Shown: positions 1 through 8,550, counted from the stretch's first letter. The stretch is 61,114 nucleotides of DNA from a virus (IMGVR_UViG_3300044691_000260:1-61114), one strand, 5' to 3'. The notes: generated by a model not told the origin, from the letters alone. Made by a program: numbers and translations.

Positions 1-127
1 GTAGGTCCGACACCCCTACTGCCGCCCCGTCGGAGGCGGCACAAGGCCCCCGGTACTCCCTGGCATCCCCTGCCCAGGTTGAGTATCGGGGGCCTGCTTT
101 TTTGTGCCCAAAATCAGATGTTCAGCA
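1..127. repeat. Terminal direct repeat, identical to 60988-61114 (circular contig overlap)
   Basis: First and last 127 nt are identical. 127 is a common assembler k-mer, so this is most likely assembly overlap of a circle. Confidence 0.95.
44..103 (+). terminator. Intrinsic terminator after holin / end of late operon
   Basis: aggcccccggtactc...gagtatcgggggcct stem followed by gctttttt; lies just downstream of the holin stop across the circular junction. Confidence 0.75.
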
Positions 128-605
128 CCGCGCCGTAGGTGCGCGCGGTGCTCAGAGAGACCACCTGCGGGACACGGTTCGCGACGGACACCTGATACTG
201 AGTGTGCCCGTCAGGCACGCCGGCGACGGCGAAGTCGATGTCGCACCCCCACACGAACCCTGTCTGCGGCGTGACAGCGGCGTCGCTTGCCCCGAGCGTG
301 CCCGTCGCGACGGTTCGCCCGCTCTCGTCCCGCACAGTGACGGTGGCACCCGTAGCGAGGTCGGAGTAGCTGCCGATCCCGTAGCAGCCGCCGTCCCCGT
401 TCGCCTGGATCAGATCCCCACTGTTCAGCATCGACACCGCCCCGTTGAGTGTGAACGTCGTCGGTGAGGCCGGTGCCGCCACCACGGCGGCCACCGTGCC
501 ACCGACCACCAGGATCGCGGCGCCTACCGCGGCGAGCATCCACCCGCGCCGCGGACGACGTGGTGCCGGCTGGGTGTCCGTGGGGTGGTCCTGGATCTCG
601 GTCAT
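114..605 (-). CDS. Membrane-anchored/secreted hypothetical protein
   Basis: Basic stretch plus hydrophobic helix (RRGWMLAAVGAAILVVGG), then a beta-rich domain with two Cys; high GC3 codon usage. Confidence 0.75.
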   Translation of the reverse strand: MTEIQDHPTDTQPAPRRPRRGWMLAAVGAAILVVGGTVAAVVAAPASPTTFTLNGAVSMLNSGDLIQANGDGGCYGIGSYSDLATGATVTVRDESGRTVATGTLGASDAAVTPQTGFVWGCDIDFAVAGVPDGHTQYQVSVANRVPQVVSLSTARTYGAVLNI

Positions 606-698
606 GGCTGGGCTCCTGGTTGCGGGCGCCCGATGGGGCGCGCTTGGTATGTACTCGCGTTGACCATGTGGTCTGTTACCGGCGTGACCGGAATGTGA

Positions 699-969
699 CA
701 GGGCCCGGTAGGCGGGGGGTGCCTACCGGGCCCTGACGTTCCCGCGGCTGGTGACCTGCAGGCGGAACTGCCCAGCCGCGGGCTGGAAGTGCGCCGCGGG
801 GGGTCGGCGCACCGATCTGGGGAAGACGGGGCCCCGGGTGCGTGCAGCGCGGAGCCAAGGCCAACCGGATCGGGCAGCGCCGGGGGTGTTCAAGCTGTCC
901 GATCCGGTTGGGGTTGAACACCCAGTCGGCGCGGCGCCATCGGGAGGCGGGCGCAACCGACCGGGCAGC
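699..969. ncRNA. Candidate structured RNA / attenuator (several strong hairpins and interleaved inverted repeats)
   Basis: Stems 699-713/721-735, 741-751/772-782, 789-796/805-812, 861-878/894-911 and 884-893/914-923; no convincing ORF. Confidence 0.5.
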
Positions 970-1199
970 TATCGGGGGTGGGGCTTGTACATCACGGCGC
1001 ACAGGTTGCAGTCGAAGAGCGGTTCGTGGCGCGTCTGCGTGCCGACGATGCGAACGAGCTCGCACACGAACTCCACGGGAGTGCCGGTGTAGGGCAGCGC
1101 GGGTGGTAGGTAGGTCAGGTGCCTGACTCCGCCGAACGTCACCGGCATGTAGCAGGTGGCGGTGTCGAAGGCCGTTTCTCGGTGCACGGTGATGGTCAT
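969..1199 (-). CDS. Small hypothetical protein with C-terminal CxxC
   Basis: 76 aa; ATGA overlap with the upstream ORF, SD-like ggagga. Confidence 0.65.
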   Translation of the reverse strand: MTITVHRETAFDTATCYMPVTFGGVRHLTYLPPALPYTGTPVEFVCELVRIVGTQTRHEPLFDCNLCAVMYKPHPR

Positions 1200-1336
1200 T
1201 CGTCGTCCTCCTGCTCGGTGACGGAAGCCGCGTCCTGCTCGACCTTCGCCTGCTCGACCTTCGCCTGCTCGTCGTCCTGTGCGGGTTCGTACGGTTCGTC
1301 GGGACCAGCGCCAGAGTTACTGAACCGGCAACTCAC
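1196..1336 (-). CDS. 46-aa acidic peptide with EQAKV tandem duplication
   Basis: GTGA overlap with the upstream stop and ATGA overlap with the downstream start; 15-bp tandem repeat at about 1233-1270. Confidence 0.55.
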   Translation of the reverse strand: MSCRFSNSGAGPDEPYEPAQDDEQAKVEQAKVEQDAASVTEQEDDE

Positions 1337-1572
1337 GACGTGCCACTTTCGTGGTTGGAGATGCGATACCGCTCGGCGATCGCGTCCCGGACAGCCATGC
1401 TGAGATCGATGGCTTCCTTGATGGGCAGAATGATCGGGTCGCCTCCGCCGATGGAGATTCCCAGCCAGGTGCCATCCGGTCTTTCCAGGAGCCCCATGAT
1501 CACCGAGACGGTGCTGCCATCGAGCGCCTTGCCCTGAACTGGCCAGGTGGTGCGCCACTCGTAGTCCGCCAT
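1333..1572 (-). CDS. Hypothetical protein divergent from the XRE regulator
   Basis: ATG at 1572 preceded by cgggagg SD; 79 aa (MADYEWRTTW...). Confidence 0.7.
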   Translation of the reverse strand: MADYEWRTTWPVQGKALDGSTVSVIMGLLERPDGTWLGISIGGGDPIILPIKEAIDLSMAVRDAIAERYRISNHESGTS

Positions 1573-1594
1573 CCCGTAGCCTCCCGATAGGGCC

Positions 1595-1710
1595 TGGTTC
1601 CATTGGTTCCACTTGGTTCCGTGTCTAGTATCGTCGCGGAACCAAGTGAGACTCAATGACCCAAACGGGTGACCTTCGAAGAGGGGCAAAGAGTGCGTAT
1701 CCTGTGGTTC
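1595..1710. promoter_or_regulatory. Divergent promoter/operator with TGGTTCC repeats
   Basis: TGGTTCC at 1595, 1604 and 1614; perfect 12-bp inverted repeat 1610-1621/1637-1648; TATCCT -10 at 1698-1703, 7 nt before ATG 1711. Confidence 0.7.
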
Positions 1711-2547
1711 ATGGCCGGAACCACGAAAAGCATCGCGCTAGGCGCCGAGCTGCGTAAGGCACGGCAAGCCGTCAAGGGACTGACGCTAAGGGCGCTCGCC
1801 GAGCAACTTGGCATCTCCCACCCGACAGTCGGCCGATGGGAGCGCGGGGAACGAGTCCCGGCGCCAGAAGACATCTCGGCGTACCTAACCCAGGTCGGCG
1901 CGCCAACTGAAGTCCGGGACGCCCTGATCGAGATGTCCCGCGACGCCGACAGCGCCCACTGGCTGTCCATCGGGATCCCCGACCAAGGGCGGCAACTGCG
2001 GGCTCTGCTCGACCTTGAGGCGTCCGCGACCCGCGTCACCACAGTCAGCCCGCTCCTGGTTCCGGGCATGCTGCAGACTGGGGCTTACGCGCGCGACATC
2101 ATGGTCGAGGGCGGTGTCCCCGCCGACGAGATCGAGACCCGTGTCGCGGTCCGCAGCGGGCGTCGCGAGGCCATCACTCGTAGCCGTGAGCCTCTGAAGC
2201 TGAGGGCGTTCATCGGTGAGGGTGTGCTCGAGCAGTCCATCGGCGGCCCGGACGTCATGCGTGATCAACTGCAGGCGCTGATCGAGCACGGGGAGCGGCC
2301 GAACATCGAGCTGCACGTGATCCCCGCGGCGACCAGTTGGCACGCCGGTTTGGAGGGCCCGTTCTCGCTCTACGAGTTCGCTGACCGCGAGACCGTGGTC
2401 CACGTCGAGAACCGCGTGAGCGGCCTGTTCATGCCCGACGACGGTCGGGCGTATGAGAGTTCCCTACCCAGGGTTCAGGAAATCGCGATGAGCCCGGCTG
2501 AGACGGCCAGGCTCATCGCCAAGGTGTCATCAACGGCGAGGAGATAA
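1711..2547 (+). CDS. XRE-HTH + DUF5753 regulator (WhiJ/Scr1-like)
   Basis: LGAELRKARQ...ISHPTVGRWERG HTH; LVPGMLQTGAYAR, FIGEGVL, IGGPDVMRDQL and MSPAET motifs typical of DUF5753. Confidence 0.9.
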   Translation: MAGTTKSIALGAELRKARQAVKGLTLRALAEQLGISHPTVGRWERGERVPAPEDISAYLTQVGAPTEVRDALIEMSRDADSAHWLSIGIPDQGRQLRALLDLEASATRVTTVSPLLVPGMLQTGAYARDIMVEGGVPADEIETRVAVRSGRREAITRSREPLKLRAFIGEGVLEQSIGGPDVMRDQLQALIEHGERPNIELHVIPAATSWHAGLEGPFSLYEFADRETVVHVENRVSGLFMPDDGRAYESSLPRVQEIAMSPAETARLIAKVSSTARR

Positions 2548-2552
2548 CAGGG

Positions 2553-2747
2553 ATGACGATAGCGGACAGGTCCGACACCTGGTCGAAGTCGAGCTACAGC
2601 ACGAACACCGACAACTGCGTCGAGGTCTCTCACGGCGCGCTGCCAGGTGTTGGAGTGCGGGACACGAAGGACCGTGCGGGCGGCCACCTGGCCGTCCCGG
2701 CGTCGAGCTGGGCAGCATTCACCCTCGAGGTGAAGGCTCGCAGCTGA
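2553..2747 (+). CDS. DUF397 protein (BldB/Scr2-like)
   Basis: WSKSSYS...NCVEV...VGVRDTKD...WAAF signature. Confidence 0.92.
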   Translation: MTIADRSDTWSKSSYSTNTDNCVEVSHGALPGVGVRDTKDRAGGHLAVPASSWAAFTLEVKARS

Positions 2748-2765
2748 CCAGTCGGTGAGAGCAGT

Positions 2766-2809
2766 AGAAGGCCCAGTGCCCCAATGAGAGGGGGCACTGG
2801 GCCTTCTTT
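2766..2809 (+). terminator. Intrinsic terminator after DUF397 gene
   Basis: 17-bp perfect stem agaaggcccagtgcccc / ggggcactgggccttct followed by tt. Confidence 0.8.
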
Positions 2810-2856
2810 GTGTGCGTATGTGGACCGTTTACGGACCTTGGTGGGTGGGAGAGACG

Positions 2857-2891
2857 AAAACGCCAGGCCGGAAGTTGCTCCCGACCTGGCG
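2857..2891 (-). terminator. Terminator replacing the host tRNA terminator upon integration
   Basis: cgccaggccgg / ccgacctggcg stem with a T4 tail on the minus strand, directly downstream of the tRNA 3' fragment. Confidence 0.7.
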
Positions 2892-2896
2892 GTGCA

Positions 2897-2934
2897 GTGC
2901 CCTCAGCAGGACTCGAACCTGCGACCTAGAGATT
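2897..2934 (-). mobile_element. attP: attP core = 3' half of a tRNA gene (probably tRNA-Arg)
   Basis: Minus strand AATCTCTAGGTCGCAGGTTCGAGTCCTGCTGAGGGCAC: anticodon 3' stem, T-arm GGTTCGAGTCC and acceptor strand; adjacent to the integrase. Isotype is inferred from the acceptor stem only. Confidence 0.85.
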
Positions 2935-3059
2935 CTCAGGAGACCATCTCGATCAGTCCCGATTAGCGTGTCCACCTGGTAAAGCAGTCCCACCTAGCCA
3001 CGATCAATCGCACCTATTCACGATTGTAAGTGGACCATTAATGGACCACGGCTCGAACC

Positions 3060-4289
3060 TCAACCCTCGACCTGGTCGAACAGCGACTCCAACGAGTCCG
3101 CTGTCCCTGCGTTGGCGACGCGCTTCCGCCGGTAGTGCTCCTCAACCACCTTCGCGCTGTTCCCCAACTGGTCCCCGATCGCCGTCGACACGATGTCCGC
3201 GTCACCGAGGTGCGTGCCGACCGTGTGCCGGAACACATGCGAGCTGACGTCCTCGTAGCCGATGGCGTCGCACGCCGCCCGGAACCGCTTCCCCACATTC
3301 GACGGATCCACCAACGCACCATTCCACGCCGGGAACAGGACACCCCCGCCGGACTCCAGTTTCCGCCGGCGCCACATCTCTACCGACCACATCGGCACCA
3401 CCAGAATCAGCGCTGACCCGTCGCCCTTCCGCTCTGGCACCCGCACGATCCCCTGACCGGCGATCCGGACAAGGTGATGGTCGACAACAACCCGGCGGGT
3501 CTTCAGGTCGACGTCTTCGCCGGTGACCGCGAGGATCTCGCTGATCCGCACACCAGTGGCAAGCATGCCCTCGGCGATGTCCGGCAGGTCTGTCCACGCC
3601 CGAGCCCTCGGGCCCAACTGCGACACGTCACCCTTGCCCGCCGTGTACGTGCGCAGCTTCGTCATGAAGTCCGTGCGCTGTGCTGGCTCGAGCACGGTGA
3701 TGGCTTTCTTCTTCCCGCCACGCTCGACAGTGTCGACCTGCTTGACCGGGTTGATCCCCTCCGCGCCTGCGAACACCGCACCGTGCCGGACCCCGTACCC
3801 GCAGATCCCACCGAGGACGACCTTCAGGCGTTTCGCTGTGGCGAACCCGACGTCGTCGTGCACGGTCTTGATGCGCTCGTCGCAGCACGTCACGGACACT
3901 TCGCTCGCAGACAGCTCGTACATCGCGTCACGGATGTAGTTGTTCACGGTGTCGCGGTAGTCGTACAGCGTCTTCGGCGCGCGCAACCCGAGGTTGACCT
4001 TCCGCTCGAGGTCGGCGAGCCACTTATCTGCGATATACCCGAACCGGGTGTCACCGGAGAACCCCTTCTTCCCGGTGGCCTCGTTCTTCAGCCCGGTGAT
4101 GTGCTCCTTCAACGCGTTGATGGCCTTCGTCTCCGAAGCCCCCCGCCTACGAGGCCGACGGGTCCGGCCGTTCCCCATCCGGACACGGGTGCGCGCCTCA
4201 TAGACAGCGGGCCGGCCCTTCGCCTTCTCGGCGATCAAGGTGACGTGGATCGTGCCGTGCGCGCCGATCGGTGTCCGCGGTCTAGCCAC
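3060..4289 (-). CDS. int: Tyrosine integrase
   Basis: TGVRISEIL, HVFRHTVGT, LGNS and EHY catalytic motifs; 409 aa. Confidence 0.95.
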   Translation of the reverse strand: MARPRTPIGAHGTIHVTLIAEKAKGRPAVYEARTRVRMGNGRTRRPRRRGASETKAINALKEHITGLKNEATGKKGFSGDTRFGYIADKWLADLERKVNLGLRAPKTLYDYRDTVNNYIRDAMYELSASEVSVTCCDERIKTVHDDVGFATAKRLKVVLGGICGYGVRHGAVFAGAEGINPVKQVDTVERGGKKKAITVLEPAQRTDFMTKLRTYTAGKGDVSQLGPRARAWTDLPDIAEGMLATGVRISEILAVTGEDVDLKTRRVVVDHHLVRIAGQGIVRVPERKGDGSALILVVPMWSVEMWRRRKLESGGGVLFPAWNGALVDPSNVGKRFRAACDAIGYEDVSSHVFRHTVGTHLGDADIVSTAIGDQLGNSAKVVEEHYRRKRVANAGTADSLESLFDQVEG

Positions 4290-4295
4290 GGTGAC

Positions 4296-5000
4296 CTACA
4301 GAACGCACAGCGACAGCAGCGGGCGCAGCCTGATCGGGAGGAGACATTCCGGGCCGCTCTGGGTGGGTCGGAGTGTCGGGGGCTCTGTTGTCGACGACGT
4401 GGTCACGGTCGACAGCGACGTGACCGGCAGTGGCAGCGTGTAAGAGAGGGTAACGGCGGTGGTGGAAGCACTCGTGGTGGGTTCCGGTGTAGGTCTCTGC
4501 GTGGCCGCGGGGGATGCCGTCGATCTGCCCGGTGGTGCCGATGTGGGCCCGGGGTTTGTGGTGGTGGTGCCGGAACTGGTCGGTGCAGTTGATGTCGTGG
4601 CCCGCAGTGTGGTCGAGTTCGGCGGCAGCGCGGTCACTGTGTCGGGTCCGGTGGAGAACGGGATGGTGATTGCGGCGATCGCGGTGACCACGGCTGCCGT
4701 GCCTGCTGTAAGCGCTATCCCGGTCGTCATGGAATGCCCCTTCGTCCAGGTGACAGTGGCCACGGGGGCGAGCAGGGACACGAGCCAGAGCCGGCGGCGC
4801 AGCTCCTGCGGCGGGAGAGCCGCCAGCCGCTCGGCTTCCTCGTGTGCGTCGAGTCTGCGCTTCAACTTCCTTAGCTTGGTCAGCGCGTAGGCACTGAAGG
4901 CGCTGAAGGCGAGAAGTACCAGGGCAAAGCTGAGTAAGAGGAGATACTGGGGCATACCGACACAGTCGCCCTCTGGGTAGTGGTTGTGACACTTCTCCAT
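4296..5000 (-). CDS. Membrane protein with Thr/Pro-rich stalk, in the immunity operon
   Basis: Hydrophobic helices, long T/P/S-rich region, C-terminal Cys pair. Confidence 0.7.
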   Translation of the reverse strand: MEKCHNHYPEGDCVGMPQYLLLLSFALVLLAFSAFSAYALTKLRKLKRRLDAHEEAERLAALPPQELRRRLWLVSLLAPVATVTWTKGHSMTTGIALTAGTAAVVTAIAAITIPFSTGPDTVTALPPNSTTLRATTSTAPTSSGTTTTNPGPTSAPPGRSTASPAATQRPTPEPTTSASTTAVTLSYTLPLPVTSLSTVTTSSTTEPPTLRPTQSGPECLLPIRLRPLLSLCVL

Positions 5001-5012
5001 CCTTTCGCAACA

Positions 5013-5432
5013 CTAAGTACCCTCTTGGTCCATTGGTAAGCCTTGCCTGTCTTGACTTTCAGCGATGCGGGTCCGGCGTTGGAAGATTTTCGCCCACCGG
5101 TTTTCCTCCGGGAGCTCGGTGATGTCCATGAGTGCTTCCTCGACCTCGTCGCGGAGGACCCGTTCGTAGAGGTGCGCGTCTCCCTGGTCGCGCAGGGTCG
5201 GGGGGCGGCCTTCCTCGAGGAGGCCGCGGGCGCTTCCCGAGACCCAGCCGGCGGCCTTGTCGAGTCCGCCCAGGGTCTTCGTGCGTGGCATGTCGATCAG
5301 CGCGCGCTCGACTCGTTGCACCGTCTTCACTGCCAGTCCGCCAGCTGCGGCGAACTCCTCTTGGGTCTGGTCGAGTTCACCCCGCCGGTCCATGACGCCC
5401 TGTCCAAGCCTCTTTAAGTCTCTTGCGGCCAT
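5013..5432 (-). CDS. Immunity repressor (XRE HTH)
   Basis: MAARDLKRLGQ...TQEEFAAAGGLAVKTVQRVER HTH; divergent from the Cro-like gene, upstream of int. Confidence 0.8.
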   Translation of the reverse strand: MAARDLKRLGQGVMDRRGELDQTQEEFAAAGGLAVKTVQRVERALIDMPRTKTLGGLDKAAGWVSGSARGLLEEGRPPTLRDQGDAHLYERVLRDEVEEALMDITELPEENRWAKIFQRRTRIAESQDRQGLPMDQEGT

Positions 5433-5630
5433 ATTCGGAGTGTGGCGGGGTGGGCGCGTCTTGTCTACCTGGGGCAGGCATTTCTTGCGTCGACGCTGTG
5501 TGCGTTCGAGCACCCTGTACCGCATGGCAGCCTCCCTGTGTTGGGACTCTTTATACCTCTTAAAGTCTCTTGCGGCAAGTCTTGACCCTAAAAGTCCTAG
5601 AAAGTCTTGTGCTCCGCCTCGTGAAGTCCT
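5409..5630. promoter_or_regulatory. Lysis/lysogeny switch operators
   Basis: 21-bp repeat cctctt(t/a)aagtctcttgcggc at 5409 and 5556; several further AAGTC units between 5563 and 5628; AT-rich. Confidence 0.7.
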
Positions 5631-5642
5631 ACAGTGACTCCC

Positions 5643-5861
5643 ATGCCAAAACCCAGAGGCCACAACATCGAGGCCCGCCGACTACGGCTCGGGATGAAGC
5701 GCAGCGAACTCGCCACCAAGGTGGGACTCCACTACAAGACGATCTTCGGGCTCGAAAAGGAGCACCAGACCGGCTCACAGGAGAGCTTCCAGCGCATCGC
5801 GACAGTCCTCGGTCTGGAACTCGAAGACGTCATGGACACATCCCATGCCGGCGCCGCGTGA
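5643..5861 (+). CDS. Cro-like XRE HTH protein
   Basis: RRLRLGMKRSELATKVGLHYKTIFGLEK HTH. Confidence 0.8.
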   Translation: MPKPRGHNIEARRLRLGMKRSELATKVGLHYKTIFGLEKEHQTGSQESFQRIATVLGLELEDVMDTSHAGAA

Positions 5862-5964
5862 CAACCACCCCGCGGCAGCCGTATCCCACGCCGCGACCGG
5901 AGCCAGTGCGCCCGATACCGCCGCCCCGCAAGACGAAAACCCGAACCCGGATCGCAGGTGCGAA

Positions 5965-6153
5965 ATGAGCCAGGTCACCAGGCAGGCATGGAACCCCCGG
6001 GAAGTCGCCGCGGCTCTCGGCATCGGGTACCAGAAGGCCCTCGACCTGATCCACGATGGCGTCATCGGCCACGTCCGCGCCGGTCATTTCATCCTCGTGC
6101 CCGACGAGGAACTGAAACGGTTCCTCGCCCCCGGTATCAAGCGCTCCGCCTAA
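5965..6153 (+). CDS. Excisionase-like HTH (HTH_17)
   Basis: WNPREVAAALGIGYQKALDLIHDGVI...VPDEELKRFL. Confidence 0.75.
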   Translation: MSQVTRQAWNPREVAAALGIGYQKALDLIHDGVIGHVRAGHFILVPDEELKRFLAPGIKRSA

Positions 6154-6169
6154 CCCCCGAAAGGAGGCA

Positions 6170-6910
6170 GTGATGTCTAACCTTGATCTGTTCGCCGGCG
6201 CCGGAGACGGAGTTGACCCGTCGCACTTCGGCCTCACCGAAGACGGTGTGCCGTACGTCGTCGCCAGCAAGTTCGCTGCGGCTCTCGGCTACTCGAAGAC
6301 GCAGAACGCGACCGACTCCCTCGACCCCGAGGAAAAGGGTTACGCCGTGACCGTGACCCCTGGCGGCACGCAGCGGGTCGGCGTGATCTACGAGGACGGG
6401 ATCTGGGAGCTGATCTTCCGGTCGACGCTTCCGTCCGCGAAGGCCATCAAACTCCGGGTGAAGTCGATCCTCCGTCAGCTTCGGCAGACGGGCGTGGTCG
6501 ACACCCGCGAGAAGCCGCTCACGGAGATCGAGGTGGCCCGGAAGTACCTCGCCGCACTCGAGCGGGTCGCGGAGCTCGAGCCCGCCGCGCAGTCCTGGGA
6601 GACCTTGGCTGACGCGTCTGGTGACTACTCGATGCGCGAGGCCGCTCAGATCCTCGACCGGGACCCGGCCATCAAGACCGGCCAGAACCGGCTTTCCAGG
6701 TACCTCCGGGAGATTGGGTGGGTCGACCGCCACGGCACCCCCTACCAGCGAACCGTGGACCCCTCATTTCTAGTTCTCCGGACCCGAAGCTACGACCACC
6801 CGCGCACCGGCGAAGCACAGGTGACCAGCCAGATCCGGATCACTGTCAAGGGTTTGCACGCGCTCCACAAGCGGCTCGGCGGGTCTGGCCCGCTGCTGCT
6901 CGCTGCCTGA
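6170..6910 (+). CDS. Antirepressor (Bro-N + ANT/KilAC)
   Basis: TPGGTQRVGVIYEDGIWELIFRS (Bro-N); SMREAAQIL, GQNRL and QIRITVKG (ANT). Confidence 0.88.
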   Translation: MMSNLDLFAGAGDGVDPSHFGLTEDGVPYVVASKFAAALGYSKTQNATDSLDPEEKGYAVTVTPGGTQRVGVIYEDGIWELIFRSTLPSAKAIKLRVKSILRQLRQTGVVDTREKPLTEIEVARKYLAALERVAELEPAAQSWETLADASGDYSMREAAQILDRDPAIKTGQNRLSRYLREIGWVDRHGTPYQRTVDPSFLVLRTRSYDHPRTGEAQVTSQIRITVKGLHALHKRLGGSGPLLLAA

Positions 6911-7187
6911 GCACAGAAAGAAGCCCGGTGCGTGAACACCGGGCTCTAACCACAGGAGAGGTACCTCCCATGATCGTCATCAGTGTCTCATCTGGCAGGC
7001 ATCGCCGCACCAAGGGCGGTAAGCACCGGGCCACCCCGCTCCAGGAGTTGACCCGCACGGTCACGCGCGCGGTCGCGTACCTGCTGGGCCGGCGGTCGTA
7101 TCCGCCGCTTCACTGCAAGGTGAACCGTTCGCAGGACACGCTCCGTTTCGCCCCGGTCTCGGCGCCGGAGTTGTCGGCGGTGGCGTC

Positions 7188-7484
7188 GTGACTCACGCCG
7201 ACCAGCACCCGCTTGCGGGGCAGACCGTCACCGTCAACACCCTGCTCCCGGTTCACGGGCGGTCCGACAACAGCTTCGAGTACCGCATCGAGGACCGGCA
7301 GGACCGCGTGTTCGGGCAGTCGTGGATGTACGCCGAGGGGAACCCGGCGGCGCTGTTGTACGCGATGAGGTCAGGGTTTTCCAACCTTCCGCTGGACAAC
7401 GAGGTCCTGTACGGAAAGGACCCCAGCGGCATGGGGCACATCGTGCACGTCTCGGAGATCGCGGTTGAGGGTGACCTCTCGTGA
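7188..7484 (+). CDS. Hypothetical protein
   Basis: Coupled ORF with high GC3. Confidence 0.65.
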   Translation: MTHADQHPLAGQTVTVNTLLPVHGRSDNSFEYRIEDRQDRVFGQSWMYAEGNPAALLYAMRSGFSNLPLDNEVLYGKDPSGMGHIVHVSEIAVEGDLS

Positions 7485-8187
7485 GTGTGCGGCTGGAGTT
7501 GACCGCCGAGGAGCGGCACGACCGTGCGACGCACGCGGGGGACCAGGTGGACAAGCTCCGGATCAACGTCATCACCGCGCTGGTGATCGTGGGTGTGATC
7601 GCGGGGCTGGCGTACTTCGGGTACGCCGCTGTCGCCTACACCATGAACCTGCTGGGGGTGTGGTGGTGATGCGGATCTTGTTGGTGGTGAAGGACTTCTT
7701 CGCGGAGTGGCTGTACACGCTGTGCGAAAACCACATCGAGAAGGTGGACGCCAAGGTGTGGGCGACCATGCAGGTTATCGGTCCGTGCCCCGACTGCGGA
7801 CAGCATTTGGATCAGGACGGTTTTGGGGACCACACGGAAGAGTGCCGCTACGCGACGCTCGGGAATGAGTTGTCATCGTGAGCAAGTTCAAGCGGATCAT
7901 CGCGCAGACCGTGGGGGATCAGCGCACCAAGAAGGACAAGGCGAAGGACGATTTCGATCAGGTGGTCGGTAACACGGTCCCGAAGAAGACCAACGACCCG
8001 AAGGGTGGCAAGTGATGGGCACGCTCACGTTGCAGGACCGTACGGGTGATGTGTGGGTGCAGCCGGATTCCTCTGTGGACTCGTGGAACGCCGCCGGGCA
8101 CGCGGTGCGGCAGGAGTGGCAGCGGCACCAGGTGGAGTTGGCGTGGGGACCAGTCATCGAGGTCATCGAACCGAAGGACGGCAAGTG

Positions 8188-8550
8188 ATGCGCAGCGTCG
8201 ACGCAGACATGAACACCCGCATCAACGGCCTGACGCGGTGGGTAAGAGGGAGCGACGAGGCAGCCATGCGCGCCGCTGGTGGGCTGGTTTTGGGTAGTCG
8301 GCATTGGTTGTACAGCAAGCAGTTCCACGCTTTGTGCACCAACGAGTACGAGGGCGTCTTCTATATCGACTGGGCCGCAACGGACTACGCGCTCAAGCGG
8401 GAAGACCTTCTTGGGTCGTCTGGTGAGATCGCGCTCCTGAAGTGGGCCGTCGTGATCGCCCGTGACCTGTTCGGGGCGTCCAGTCTCGACCGCAACAACC
8501 GTGAAGCCGTTCTGGACGCGCTCGCTGCGGGCTGGGGGATGACGCGATGA
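8188..8550 (+). CDS. Hypothetical protein
   Basis: TGATG-coupled start, high GC3. Confidence 0.6.
   Translation: MRSVDADMNTRINGLTRWVRGSDEAAMRAAGGLVLGSRHWLYSKQFHALCTNEYEGVFYIDWAATDYALKREDLLGSSGEIALLKWAVVIARDLFGASSLDRNNREAVLDALAAGWGMTR

Noticed and set aside
1-127. Biological terminal repeat
   Set aside because: The length equals a standard assembler k-mer and the position is unrelated to the terminase/cos region
861-923. Fully formed H-type pseudoknot
   Set aside because: A 2-nt linker cannot span an 18-bp stem; alternative folds are more plausible
2897-2934. Phage tRNA gene
   Set aside because: Only the 3' half is present, with no D-arm or 5' acceptor strand; it is the attP core
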